A stretch of 62,926 nt of DNA, the filler included, from Octopus bimaculoides (Eukaryota), in the NCBI RefSeq assembly GCF_001194135.2. It is 8 parts of 7 records of this genome, joined end to end, with 100 filler letters (N's around TTAATTAATTAA, not from the genome) between each part and the next. Parts side by side here need not be neighbours in the genome. Positions count along the whole stretch, not along the records: positions 42,703 to 57,770 come from NC_068983.1; positions 57,871 to 59,861 come from NC_068984.1; positions 59,962 to 62,926 come from NC_069002.1; 5 more parts are not named here. One strand, 5' to 3'. The notes under the pieces were generated by a model that was not told the DNA's origin, did not search any database, and saw only the letters and a list, made by a program, of their open reading frames with translations. The translations under genes were made by a program, and so were the position numbers. This document shows, piece by piece, positions 51,960 to 62,926 of the stretch; the first letter of the stretch is position 1, and every line of letters begins with the position of its first letter.

Positions 51960-52145
51960 ACAATTGCAGCGTGGAAGGTGGTTATAAGCCATTTAAGAAA
52001 CACACAAAAACCGTTACATTCACTTCAACATTTAAATTTAATTTGCCAAAATATTTTCGTCGCTTTGAGACCGCGACCTGTTCACTGACAAAATTCCGTG
52101 CTGTGTTCTTAAATGGCTTATAAACACCTTCCACACTGCAATTGT
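51960..52145. mobile_element. 186-bp element with 40-bp inverted repeats (2 mismatches)
   Basis: 51960-51999 versus 52106-52145. Confidence 0.75.
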
Positions 52146-52248
52146 TTTCGTTCCAGCACACGATCTCAGATCAGGTCGCTTGCTATGCAAGTACATCTCC
52201 ATAATATATATATANNNNNNNNNNNNNNNNNNNNNNNNNNNNNNNNNA

Positions 52249-52565
52249 CGACTCCCAGACCGGGCATTGGTGTTTATTGATCAAAAACATCTAAAGTTCC
52301 ACGAAGCTAAGGCATGTGGTGGTGGCGAACCCTGCTGTATTCTTTCACCACAACTGTCTCTCACTCTTGCTTCCTGTTTCTGTTGTATCCGTATTTCAAA
52401 GGGCCAGTCTTGTCACACTCTGTGTCGCGCTGAATCTCCCTGAGAACTTAGTTATGGGTGCAGCTGTCTGTGGAGTGCTCAGCCACTTGCACGTTAATTT
52501 CATGAGCAAGCTGTTCTGTTGATCGCATCGACTGGAACCCGCGTCGTCGTAACCGACGGAGTGCC
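52249..52565 (+). mobile_element. SINE family C
   Basis: Plus-orientation homolog of 43405-43795. Confidence 0.85.
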
Positions 52566-52589
52566 TCAGATATATATACGTAATTATAT

Positions 52590-52995
52590 TTATGAATATA
52601 TCTTTCTTTTGTCTTTCCTTTACTCGTTTCCGGCATTTGGCTGTGGCCATACAGCAGCACTGCCTTCAAAGGTTTTTGGTCGAAGAAATTGCCCCCCCCC
52701 CAGGATGTACTTATTTTATCGGTCTCTTTTACCGAATTGCTAAGTTACGAGACCGTAAACACATATGTATGTGTGTGTATATGTTTGTGTATCTGTGTTT
52801 GTCCCTTCAATATCGCTTGACAACCGATGTTGGCGTATTTACGTCCCCGTAACTTAGCGGTTCGGCAAAAGTGACCGATAGAATAAGTACTAGGCTTACA
52901 AAGAATAAGTCCTGGGGTCGATTTGCTCGACTGAAAGCGGTGCTCCAGTATGGCCACAGTCACATGACTGAAACAAGTAAAAGAGTAAAGGATAT
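52590..52995. mobile_element. Inverted pair of SINE family B 3' halves
   Basis: Minus copy at 52590-52760 and plus copy at 52790-52995. Confidence 0.75.
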
Positions 52996-54080
52996 ATATA
53001 TATACATATATAAACAATATATATATATATATATAAACAATATATGAGTATATGCGTATATATGTACATGTATATATGTACATACCTTCATCTACATGTA
53101 CATATAGATACATATCTGGGCACATGACGTTGCAAAAAACATGGACAAAAAGATAAACAAGGTACAACAAACAAGCAGGCCACATAGAGAACATATCCTT
53201 CATCAGCTGCCACCATTAAAAAACAGGCGTTTCGAAGAGTTAGGGCAGAAGAGTTATATATATATATATANNNNNNNNNNNNNNNNNNNNNNNNNNNNNN
53301 NNNNNNNNNNNNNNNNNNNNNNNNNNNNNNNNNNNNNNNNNNNNNNNNNNNNNNNNNNNNNNNNNNNNNNNNNNNNNNNNNNNNNNNNNNNNNNNNNNNN
53401 NNNNNNNNNNNNNNNNNNNNNNNNNNNNNNNNNNNNNNNNNNNNNNNNNNNNNNNNNNNNNNNNNNNNNNNNNNNNNNNNNNNNNNNNNNNNNNNNNNNN
53501 NNNNNNNNNNNNNNNNNNNNNNNNNNNNNNNNNNNNNNNNNNNNNNNNNNNNNNNNNNNNNNNNNNNNNNNNNNNNNNNNNNNNNNNNNNNNNNNNNNNN
53601 NNNNNNNNNNNNNNNNNNNNNNNNNNNNNNNNNNNNNNNNNNNNNNNNNNNNNNNNNNNNNNNNNNNNNNNNNNNNNNNNNNNNNNNNNNNNNNNNNNNN
53701 NNNNNNNNNNNNNNNNNNNNNNNNNNNNNNNNNNNNNNNNNNNNNNNNNNNNNNNNNNNNNNNNNNNNNNNNNNNNNNNNNNNNNNNNNNNNNNNNNNNN
53801 NNNNNNNNNNNNNNNNNNNNNNNNNNNNNNNNNNNNNNNNNNNNNNNNNNNNNNNNNNNNNNNNNNNNNNNNNNNNNNNNNNNNNNNNNNNNNNNNNNNN
53901 NNNNNNNNNNNNNNNNNNNNNNNNNNNNNNNNNNNNNNNNNNNNNNNNNNNNNNNNNNNNNNNNNNNNNNNNNNNNNNNNNNNNNNNNNNNNNNNNNNNN
54001 NNNNNNNNNNNNNNNNNNNNNNNNNNNNNNNNNNNNNNNNNNNNNNNNNNNNNNNNNNNNNNNNNNNNNNNNNNNNNNNN

Positions 54081-54115
<35 letters not shown>

Positions 54116-55624
54116 CATTACATTTACATACATATTACATTTATATTCACATATAGCATATTAAATACGTATAAGTGCGTGCGTATGTATAATCGCTGCC
54201 ATCTTGGAAACCTTGGTGTAAGTTATCATATGTATATGAATATTACCGTGTGTGTATGCCTGCATCTATGTATGTACGCTTCTATGTGCCTGTTAATATA
54301 TATGTACGTAGGTCGGTCGGTTGGTCGGTTGGTAGGTAATCGTGCACGTATCAGTACAAGCCTTCTCTGTTTCTAATTATGTTTGTCTCTAACATTTACT
54401 CCAAATAATTGCCTGCTATACATTTTACCTTTCATCATAGCGGTGTCAATAAACTCAACCGAGCACTTTTTGGGTATACGTAACTAAATACTGCAGCTTA
54501 CAGATGTATATATAGGTGCATATGTGTGTGTGTGTATGTGTGTGTGTGTGTGTGTGCATCTATGTGTGTACTTTTACTGCATATGCACATATATATATAT
54601 ACATACATGCATACATACATGCATACATACATATATATATATATATNNNNNNNNNNNNNNNNNNNNNNNNNNNNNNNNNNNNNNNNNNNNNNNNNNNNNN
54701 NNNNNNNNNNNNNNNNNNNNNNNNNNNNNNNNNNNNNNNNNNNNNNNNNNNNNNNNNNNNNNNNNNNNNNNNNNNNNNNNNNNNNNNNNNNNNNNNNNNN
54801 NNNNNNNNNNNNNNNNNNNNNNNNNNNNNNNNNNNNNNNNNNNNNNNNNNNNNNNNNNNNNNNNNNNNNNNNNNNNNNNNNNNNNNNNNNNNNNNNNNNN
54901 NNNNNNNNNNNNNNNNNNNNNNNNNNNNNNNNNNNNNNNNNNNNNNNNNNNNNNNNNNNNNNNNNNNNNNNNNNNNNNNNNNNNNNNNNNNNNNNNNNNN
55001 NNNNNNNNNNNNNNNNNNNNNNNNNNNNNNNNNNNNNNNNNNNNNNNNNNNNNNNNNNNNNNNNNNNNNNNNNNNNNNNNNNNNNNNNNNNNNNNNNNNN
55101 NNNNNNNNNNNNNNNNNNNNNNNNNNNNNNNNNNNNNNNNNNNNNNNNNNNNNNNNNNNNNNNNNNNNNNNNNNNNNNNNNNNNNNNNNNNNNNNNNNNN
55201 NNNNNNNNNNNNNNNNNNNNNNNNNNNNNNNNNNNNNNNNNNNNNNNNNNNNNNNNNNNNNNNNNNNNNNNNNNNNNNNNNNNNNNNNNNNNNNNNNNNN
55301 NNNNNNNNNNNNNNNNNNNNNNNNNNNNNNNNNNNNNNNNNNNNNNNNNNNNNNNNNNNNNNNNNNNNNNNNNNNNNNNNNNNNNNNNNNNNNNNNNNNN
55401 NNNNNNNNNNNNNNNNNNNNNNNNNNNNNNNNNNNNNNNNNNNNNNNNNNNNNNAAACAAACCTGCCTTTAGTTAATTGGATACGACGTTTCACGGTTAA
55501 GAGTATGAAATTACTCTATTCCGACTCTTCAGCCCAATATTCTGATAAATTTGAAAGTGTCTCTAAAAAATTCACGGTAACTTTTGGCCATGCGACATCA
55601 AAAACCAACGAGAGGCTACACGCA

Positions 55625-56017
55625 CATTCTTTTATTCTTTTACTTGTTTCAGTCATTTGACTGTAGCCATGCTGGAGCACCGCCTTTAGTCGAATCAAAT
55701 CGACCCCAGGACTTATTCTTTGTAAGCCTAGTACTTATTCTATCGGTCTGTTTTGCCGAACCGCTAAGTTACAGGGACCTAAACATACCAGCATCGTTTG
55801 TCAAGCGATGTTGGGGGGACAAACACAGATACATGACATACACACACCTACACATATACACATATATACGATGGGTTTCTTTCAGTTTCCATCTACCAAA
55901 TCCACTCACAAGGCTTTAGTCGGCCCGAAGCTATAGTAGAAGACACTTGCCCATGGTGTCACGCAGTGGGAATGAACCCGGAACCATGTGGTTGGTAAGC
56001 AAGCTACTTACCACACA
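55625..56017 (-). mobile_element. SINE family B, near full length
   Basis: Complete reverse complement of the family. Confidence 0.9.
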
Positions 56018-56852
56018 GTGCGATGGGTAAATTGTCGCTAGTTTATACTTTTAACTTCGTGCATGTGCAAGGATTGTTTTTGATTTTGTCGACTACACAG
56101 TAGAGTGGGGTCAGTTGGACAACGTCTGTGTGAAAAGCAGCACCATGACACAATTTACTCTGCCAGAAGTTTGGAAACGACATGCTTTACTGCTTGGCAT
56201 TCACGCCGGAAGCTGCAATACGAACATTTCAGAGCGTTTGGGTACCAATCTGAGGGCGGAGCAATATGAGGACATGTACCGAAAGTGATAAAAATCAAGC
56301 ACCCTGTCAGCATCATGGTGTTTGGAGTCGTCACTAATGATGGCGACGTTATGCTTCCATTTATCTTCCCACACGGCCCTGGGTCAAGAGGGTAGTTGCT
56401 GGAAGATCCTATGTCTGGCAGTAGGACTCTACACCATTTCACACAAGCTGGAGAACCCAGTCATGGCTGTCAGACAATTTCTGCCACCGAACTACCCTTA
56501 ATATCTGGCAACTTAACTCCCCAGACTGCGACCCCCTTGATTATTATGTGTGGGGCGCAGTTGAGCGAGAGACCAACAAAACGCCTTGTAACACCAAAGA
56601 TGAACTGAAGACAAGGATTATGGCAGCATTCACCAACTTAAACACGGAGACTGTCCAGAAGAGTTGCAGAAGATTCCGAAGTTGCTTGGAGGGCGTGGTT
56701 GAAGCCAATGGCGATTTTATTGAATAAACTCACTCTTTAGTATTTCAAGATATTTTTATGTAATTTTGGTAAATATATCTGTAAAAATGAGATGTCAGTG
56801 TTATCTTCATTTTTTGCGTAATATATATGAGTTTATCCACCGGACCCAGTAT
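56015..56852 (+). mobile_element. Internally deleted DD37D (maT-type) Tc1/mariner element
   Basis: ATG at 56145 (MTQFTLPEVWKRHALLLG...). Downstream: KIKHPVSIMVFGVVTNDGDVMLPFIFP...VWQ*DSTPFHTS...NSPDCDPLDYYVWGAVE...VEANGDFIE* (stop 56725-56727). There are 37 residues between the second and third catalytic D. Confidence 0.85.
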
Positions 56853-56855
56853 ATA

Positions 56856-57125
56856 CAAGGTTATTCAAAAAAATAAACCGATTTCGTTACGCCATATTCT
56901 AATAAGGAAAAGCAATAGAAAACTCCAGCTAGGTCACAAGTATTTACTCACAATCAACTTTTATTTCCTGTCTTACAAGTGTTCAATGTGGCCACCACCT
57001 ACAGCACGGGCAACATCAATGCGATAATAGAATTCCTCCTGGACGCGTATCAGCATGTCACGATCCACTGAGTTCATCGTTCTTGTTATTCGATGTTTAA
57101 GGTCGCCGAGGTTAGTGCCTAGCGG
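56856..57125 (-). mobile_element. 3' end of a second Tc1/mariner-superfamily element
   Basis: LGDLKHRITRTMNSVDRDMLIRVQEEFYYRIDVARAVGGGHIEHL* followed by a TA-CAAGGTTATTCAAAA TIR-like end. Confidence 0.75.
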
Positions 57126-57129
57126 TCTG

Positions 57130-57475
57130 TGTGTGCGTGAGTATATGTGTGTGTGTGTGCGTGCGTGCGTGCGTATGTGTGTGTGCGTGCGCGTGTGTAT
57201 GTGTGTATTTGAGCGCGTGTGCCTGTGTGCGAGGGAGTGTGTGTACGTATGCACGCGTGTGTGCATGCGTGGGAGTGTGCGCGTGTGTGTGTACGTATGT
57301 GTGTGTCTTCGCGCGTATGTATGTGCGCGTGCGTATCTGTGTGTGTGCGCGCGCATCTGTGTATACGTTGTGCGCGTGTGTGTGTGCATGCGAATGTGTG
57401 CGTGTGCATGCATGTGTTTGTGCGCGTGTATGTGTGAGCGTGTGTGCGTGCGTGTGTGTGTGTATCTGTGTGTAG
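57130..57475. repeat. Long compound alternating purine-pyrimidine (GT/GC/AT) microsatellite
   Basis: Directly visible. Confidence 0.9.
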
Positions 57476-57870
57476 TTAACCAATCAGTTCGTCATGGTAG
57501 TTTAAAGAGTCAGCTTTCGTTATTTCTTTTACTATTTTGTGAATATACAGTTGTATTGTATAACGCTGAGGATATATATTGATGAAAGCATCTACGTATA
57601 ATGTTTCCATACTGAAATCAATACTGCATTAAAAAATGGTTATGAAACGGCTGTAATCATATGGAAATTATTTGAAAAAATAAATTTTTACCTGTTACAC
57701 CCCCTAATCTTATACTTTATATGTATATACTTACTTATATACATATGTGTGTGTGTGTGTTTGTGTGTATNNNNNNNNNNNNNNNNNNNNNNNNNNNNNN
57801 NNNNNNNNNNNNNNTTAATTAATTAANNNNNNNNNNNNNNNNNNNNNNNNNNNNNNNNNNNNNNNNNNNN

Positions 57871-58400
57871 CGTGGTGAAGCTAAGTCACCTAACAGAATC
57901 GAAGAGAGAGATGTGCCGCGGTGGTTTAGTTTGGTGTACATAGTAAGTCGTGTTGACGCTGGTGGAGATTGATGCTGGTTAGTAGTAATGGTAGAATCGT
58001 GTTGCTGATGTGGCGACGGCGGTGGTCATCGTTGGCTGGACGAAGCTGTTGATGTGTAGCTGGCTCGCTGGCTGATTGTTGTTGCTGCTGTTGTCGTGTG
58101 GTACGCGGAACAGTCTCTAAGAGAAACTGAACCGAGACAAATTGTTGGGTATGAGTTGATCTATTTATAGCGAATTATCGGCTCCAAGACGGTAGCAGAA
58201 AAACACTATCACGTGACCTTATTAAGGGCTGTGATTGGTCCGTTTGCATTCTGGCGGGAACGGTTCGAAGAAGTTGCCGCTTCGAATAATGATCAGTCAC
58301 GTGATGACAAGGTTGATGTTCTCCGCTACGCTCGCGTTTATTTATATTTAAATGAGAAGAATGGCGATAGCAGTTTTGTATCTAATGGCGGTAGGTAGTT
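57871..58400 (-). promoter_or_regulatory. CpG-rich RNA polymerase II promoter-like island, oriented leftward
   Basis: On the minus strand: TATAAATA (58169-58162), E-boxes ATCACGTGAC (58208-58217) and GTCACGTGAT (58296-58305), CCAAT (58238-58234), octamer-like ATGCAAAC (58249-58242) and E2F-like TTCCCGCCA (58260-58252). A possible donor TAG|GTGACT lies at 57890/57889. CpG density is well above the window background. Confidence 0.6.
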
Positions 58401-59289
58401 TCANNNNNNNNNNNNNNNNNNNNNNNNNNNNNNNNNNNNNNNNNNNNNNNNNNNNNNNNNNNNNNNNNNNNNNNNNNNNNNNNNNNNNNNNNNNNNNNNN
58501 NNNNNNNNNNNNNNNNNNNNNNNNNNNNNNNNNNNNNNNNNNNNNNNNNNNNNNNNNNNNNNNNNNNNNNNNNNNNNNNNNNNNNNNNNNNNNNNNNNNN
58601 NNNNNNNNNNNNNNNNNNNNNNNNNNNNNNNNNNNNNNNNNNNNNNNNNNNNNNNNNNNNNNNNNNNNNNNNNNNNNNNNNNNNNNNNNNNNNNNNNNNN
58701 NNNNNNNNNNNNNNNNNNNNNNNNNNNNNNNNNNNNNNNNNNNNNNNNNNNNNNNNNNNNNNNNNNNNNNNNNNNNNNNNNNNNNNNNNNNNNNNNNNNN
58801 NNNNNNNNNNNNNNNNNNNNNNNNNNNNNNNNNNNNNNNNNNNNNNNNNNNNNNNNNNNNNNNNNNNNNNNNNNNNNNNNNNNNNNNNNNNNNNNNNNNN
58901 NNNNNNNNNNNNNNNNNNNNNNNNNNNNNNNNNNNNNNNNNNNNNNNNNNNNNNNNNNNNNNNNNNNNNNNNNNNNNNNNNNNNNNNNNNNNNNNNNNNN
59001 NNNNNNNNNNNNNNNNNNNNNNNNNNNNNNNNNNNNNNNNNNNNNNNNNNNNNNNNNNNNNNNNNNNNNNNNNNNNNNNNNNNNNNNNNNNNNNNNNNNN
59101 NNNNNNNNNNNNNNNNNNNNNNNNNNATATATATATATATATATATATACATATATGGCTGGCTCTTGTCAAATCCTCTCACCCATGCCAGCATGGAAGG
59201 TGGACATTTAACGATGATGATGATACATATAAATACATACACACATGTATATATGCACCCACAAACACACACATATATATTAATATACA

Positions 59290-59530
59290 TTGTGTGTCTG
59301 TGTTTGTCTCCCCAACATTGCTTGACAACCAATGCTGGTCTGTTTATGTCCCCGTACCTTAGCAGTTTGGCAAAAGAGACCAATAGAACAAGTACTAGGA
59401 TTACAAGGAATAACGTTTCAGTCATTTGACTGCGGCCATGCTGAAGCACCGCCTTTAGTCGAGCAAATTGACCCCAGGACTTATTCCTTGTAATCCTAGT
59501 ACTTGTTCTATTGGTCTCTTTTGCCAAACT
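59290..59530. mobile_element. SINE family B copy with a fold-back inversion
   Basis: Perfect 50-bp inverted repeat, 59364-59413 versus 59481-59530. Confidence 0.85.
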
Positions 59531-59861
59531 ACCTCGTCGACGAGTGACAGGGACCTTCTCTTTGTGGCTGGAGACTTCAATGGTCATGTCGGACGTCGTG
59601 CTGGAGGCTTCCATGGCATACATGGAGGCTATGGCTTCGGTTCCCGCAACGAGGAGGGAACCAGACTGCTGGAGTTCTGTGATGCAACCGATCTTATGGT
59701 CTGCAATACCAACTTCAGGAAACCTGCCAATCACCTAGTCACCTACCGCTCCGGCAGACACTCTAGCCAAATCGACTACATCCTCGCCAGAAATAGGGAA
59801 AGAGGGCGGCTTATAAATGCCAAAACCTACCCTGGCGAAGAATGTACCCCACAACATAGAT
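59531..59861 (+). mobile_element. RTE-clade LINE APE endonuclease fragment
   Basis: VAGDFNGHVG...GFGSRNEEGTRLLEFCDATDLMVCNTNFRK...TYRSG...QIDYIL...EECTPQHR, open and truncated by a scaffold linker. Confidence 0.9.
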
Positions 59862-59961
59862 NNNNNNNNNNNNNNNNNNNNNNNNNNNNNNNNNNNNNNN
59901 NNNNNTTAATTAATTAANNNNNNNNNNNNNNNNNNNNNNNNNNNNNNNNNNNNNNNNNNNN

Positions 59962-60012
<51 letters not shown>

Positions 60013-60321
60013 GCATATGTATATACGTATATATTATGTGTATATAATGTATATATGTATATATTACGTGTGTGTGCACTCGTAGATATATGTCTAAGGT
60101 GCTGCACAGGGGGACTGAACCTAAAGCCACATGGTAGCAAAGTATCTTAACCATGCAACCATCCTTGTGCCTATATATGTGATGTGTGTGTGTGTGTGTG
60201 TGAGTGTGAATGCAGGCATGTGTGTTTTATGCAAGTACAAAAGAGAATGTTTTTTTGTTTATATACAATGTTTTTGTGTATGTATGTAAATGTATGTTTG
60301 TGCTAGTTATATGTATATGTC

Positions 60322-60355
<34 letters not shown>

Positions 60356-60636
60356 NNNNNNNNNNNNNNNNNNNNNNNNNNNNNNNNNNNNNNNNNNNNN
60401 NNNNNNNNNNNNNNNNNNNNNNNNNNNNNNNNNNNNNNNNNNNNNNNNNNNNNNNNNNNNNNNNNNNNNNNNNNNNNNNNNNNNNNNNNNNNNNNNNNNN
60501 NNNNNNNNNNNNNNNNNNNNNNNNNNNNNNNNNNNNNNTATATATATGTAATGTCTGTATATAAGTATATAAACGTATATTTATGTGTACATAAATGTTT
60601 TTGTATATGTATATACACATTTAATATTTGTGTGTG

Positions 60637-60674
<38 letters not shown>

Positions 60675-62082
60675 CATGTAATATGTATATTATATGTATA
60701 TTAATGTGTTCTATGTGTATAAAGATTTATTTGTATCAATGCAGAAAATTTGAGAGAATTATTAATAAGACAAAGCATAAATCTGTTCCGTTATTGTGAA
60801 ATTTTCATATTCTCAATATATCTAGTTTTACTTTATTATTGTATCATATTTCCTTTTATTCTTTCTTCAAAATGTGTGTCTTTTCTCCAGTCCATATCAC
60901 CGATGATCCAAGGTTATGCGATCTTATCTTGAAACTTATTCATTCATAAAATTACAATTGCCGTTGTGGTTCTTTTGTGTCATTTCTAAAGTTTTTTTTT
61001 TGTTTTTGCTTTTTCTGTATACTGTCACATCAAAGTTGATTCAGCTTGTTTTTTTATTTTTGTTTGTTTTTTTTTTTGTGTTATATTCACAAACTGAAAA
61101 GGGAAGGCGGAATAACACAAGCAAGACATAAATAGAGGTGTGTTTACACTTACAATTGTTGAATATGTATATTTATGCATATAATTTATATATATATACA
61201 TACATATGTGTCATAAGCATTGATACAGGCATGCACAAACACTTATATACTGTTTATAAGTAATGTAACGTGTGTGTGTGTGTATCTATATGTATATGTA
61301 TGTATATGAATATATACATATTTATATGTAGTATTAAATCATTGTACAATTCATTTGAATCAAGGTATTCTAATATCCAGGACACCAGGGAAGGGTCAAG
61401 TTCAGCACGTACCTATATATGCCACATTCAAATACATCTGTACATACATCTGCATATATCTACATATCCAAACATTTACGTATATCTATGTACATGCATG
61501 CATATAAATATACATATACAACTGGTGATGGTTCATTTACATCCTATAATTCAGTGGTTCAGCAGAAGAAACTGATAGAATAAGTACCAGGCTTGAAAAT
61601 AAGTATTAGGGTCAACTTGTTCAAATGAACATTTCAAATCTGTGTCCCAGCATGGCCACAGTTCGAAAACAGAAACAAGTAAAAAATAAAACATACATGT
61701 AACTTATATATATATATATATATATAATATCATATAATATATATATATATTTATTTATTTATTTATTTATTTATGCGTTTCAGCCAAGTGGCTGCGGTCA
61801 TGCTGGAGCACCACCATNNNNNNNNNNNNNNNNNNNNNNNNNNNNNNNNNNNNNNNNNNNNNNNNNNNNNNNNNNNNNNNNNNNNNNNNNNNNNNNNNNN
61901 NNNNNNNNNNNNNNNNNNNNNNNNNNNNNNNNNNNNNNNNNNNNNNNNNNNNNNNNNNNNNNNNNNNNNNNNNNNNNNNNNNNNNNNNNNNNNNNNNNNN
62001 NNNNNNNNNNNNNNNNNNNNNNNNNNNNNNNNNNNNNNNNNNNNNNNNNNNNNNNNNNNNNNNNNNNNNNNNNNNNNNNNNN

Positions 62083-62545
62083 CATTAAAGAGCTGAGGTC
62101 CTCTGAAACCGAGGCTGTTGCAGTACCTCGTTCTTATGTGAGATGCAGTGGATGGCACCCTTGGTACCATGCAGTGGCGACCTGTGCGGGCATGCTTGTA
62201 GTACTTGATGCCAAAGTTTGGCACCAGTCCTTCCAGTATTTTCCATATGTATATTATTACATATCTCTCCCGCCTGCGCTCCAGGGCGTAGAGACCTAGT
62301 GTCTTCAGTCGCTCCCTGTAGTTCATGTGTTGGACTGTGGTGATCTTTTTTGTATAGTGACGTTGAATTGCCTCGAGTTCTGCTGTCCGCTTGACACTTT
62401 GTGGTGACCACAACTGAGAGCAATAGTCTAGGCGGCTGAGAACAAATGTCTTCCATAGAGTCAACATGACTTTTTGATCCCTTGTACGGAATGTCCTCAG
62501 TATCCACCCTGCCAGGTGTCTGCACTTTGCTGTCAACTTGACAAT
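62083..62545 (-). mobile_element. CR1-clade LINE ORF2 C-terminal fragment
   Basis: GWILRTFRTRD..VMLTLWKTFVLSRLDYCSQLWSP....ELEAIQRHYTKKI...NYRERLKTLGLYALERRRERYVIIYIWKIL...GFRGPQLFN, open across ~150 codons. Confidence 0.9.
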
Positions 62546-62762
62546 AATATATATATTCGCCATGATAGATTGCTGACCACTACATTTATATGTTTTTTCT
62601 CCTTGTTTTTCTCCTTATTTCTTTCTGTTGAAGAGCGTAGCTCGAAACGTTAAAGACTTTCTCTATTCCTGAACATTAAACTAATACATCCTTTTGTTGT
62701 TTACACCACCTGTCCTCGTCTGTTGTTGTTTTTTTCGTAAATTCTCCCATATATATATATAT

Positions 62763-62926
62763 ACTAGCAGAGCCACCCGGCGTTGCCTGGGAATGAAATT
62801 GTTGCTTATTGGTACTTGGAAACTTTTACGAAAATTAAAATGGGGATTAAATGAAAAAAATTATTTACTTGAATATCCTCACAAGAGTAATTGAAATAAA
62901 TGGCGATTGTAGAACCCCCTACGCAC
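62763..62926 (-). mobile_element. Helitron-like 3' terminus
   Basis: The minus strand reads CCCAGGC-AAC-GCCGGG (hairpin) TGGCTCTG-CTAG|T into a (TA)n run, the canonical Helitron hairpin plus CTRR end. Confidence 0.6.

Overview
Repeat-saturated, gap-rich animal genomic DNA. I infer a coleoid cephalopod (probably Octopus) from the extreme di-, tri- and tetranucleotide microsatellite load and the recurrent tRNA-derived SINE families; this is not verified by search. There are many N gaps, and seven 100-bp N44-TTAATTAATTAA-N44 linkers mark artificial scaffold joins, so long-range adjacency is uncertain. Almost all ORFs in the supplied track are microsatellite or gap artefacts. Only one host coding exon is well supported: a leucine-rich-repeat exon at 24867-25026 (+) resembling LRRC63. 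A CpG-rich, minus-strand promoter-like island lies at ~57871-58400, and a weaker first-exon candidate lies at ~10660-11122. The rest is transposon debris: R4/Dong-like LINE fragments stacked in (TAA)n arrays, Tx1/L1, RTE and CR1 LINE fragments, three Tc1/mariner relics, Helitron-like ends, several MITE-like inverted-repeat elements and at least four SINE families. The most interesting unannotated signals are (i) a set of minimal type I hammerhead-ribozyme folds of the Penelope-associated kind, best at 3723-3768 (-), (ii) stacked (TAA)n-targeting LINEs, and (iii) several long near-perfect hairpins (16749-16859, 51960-52145, 59364-59530). I found no convincing wholly new multi-gene system.
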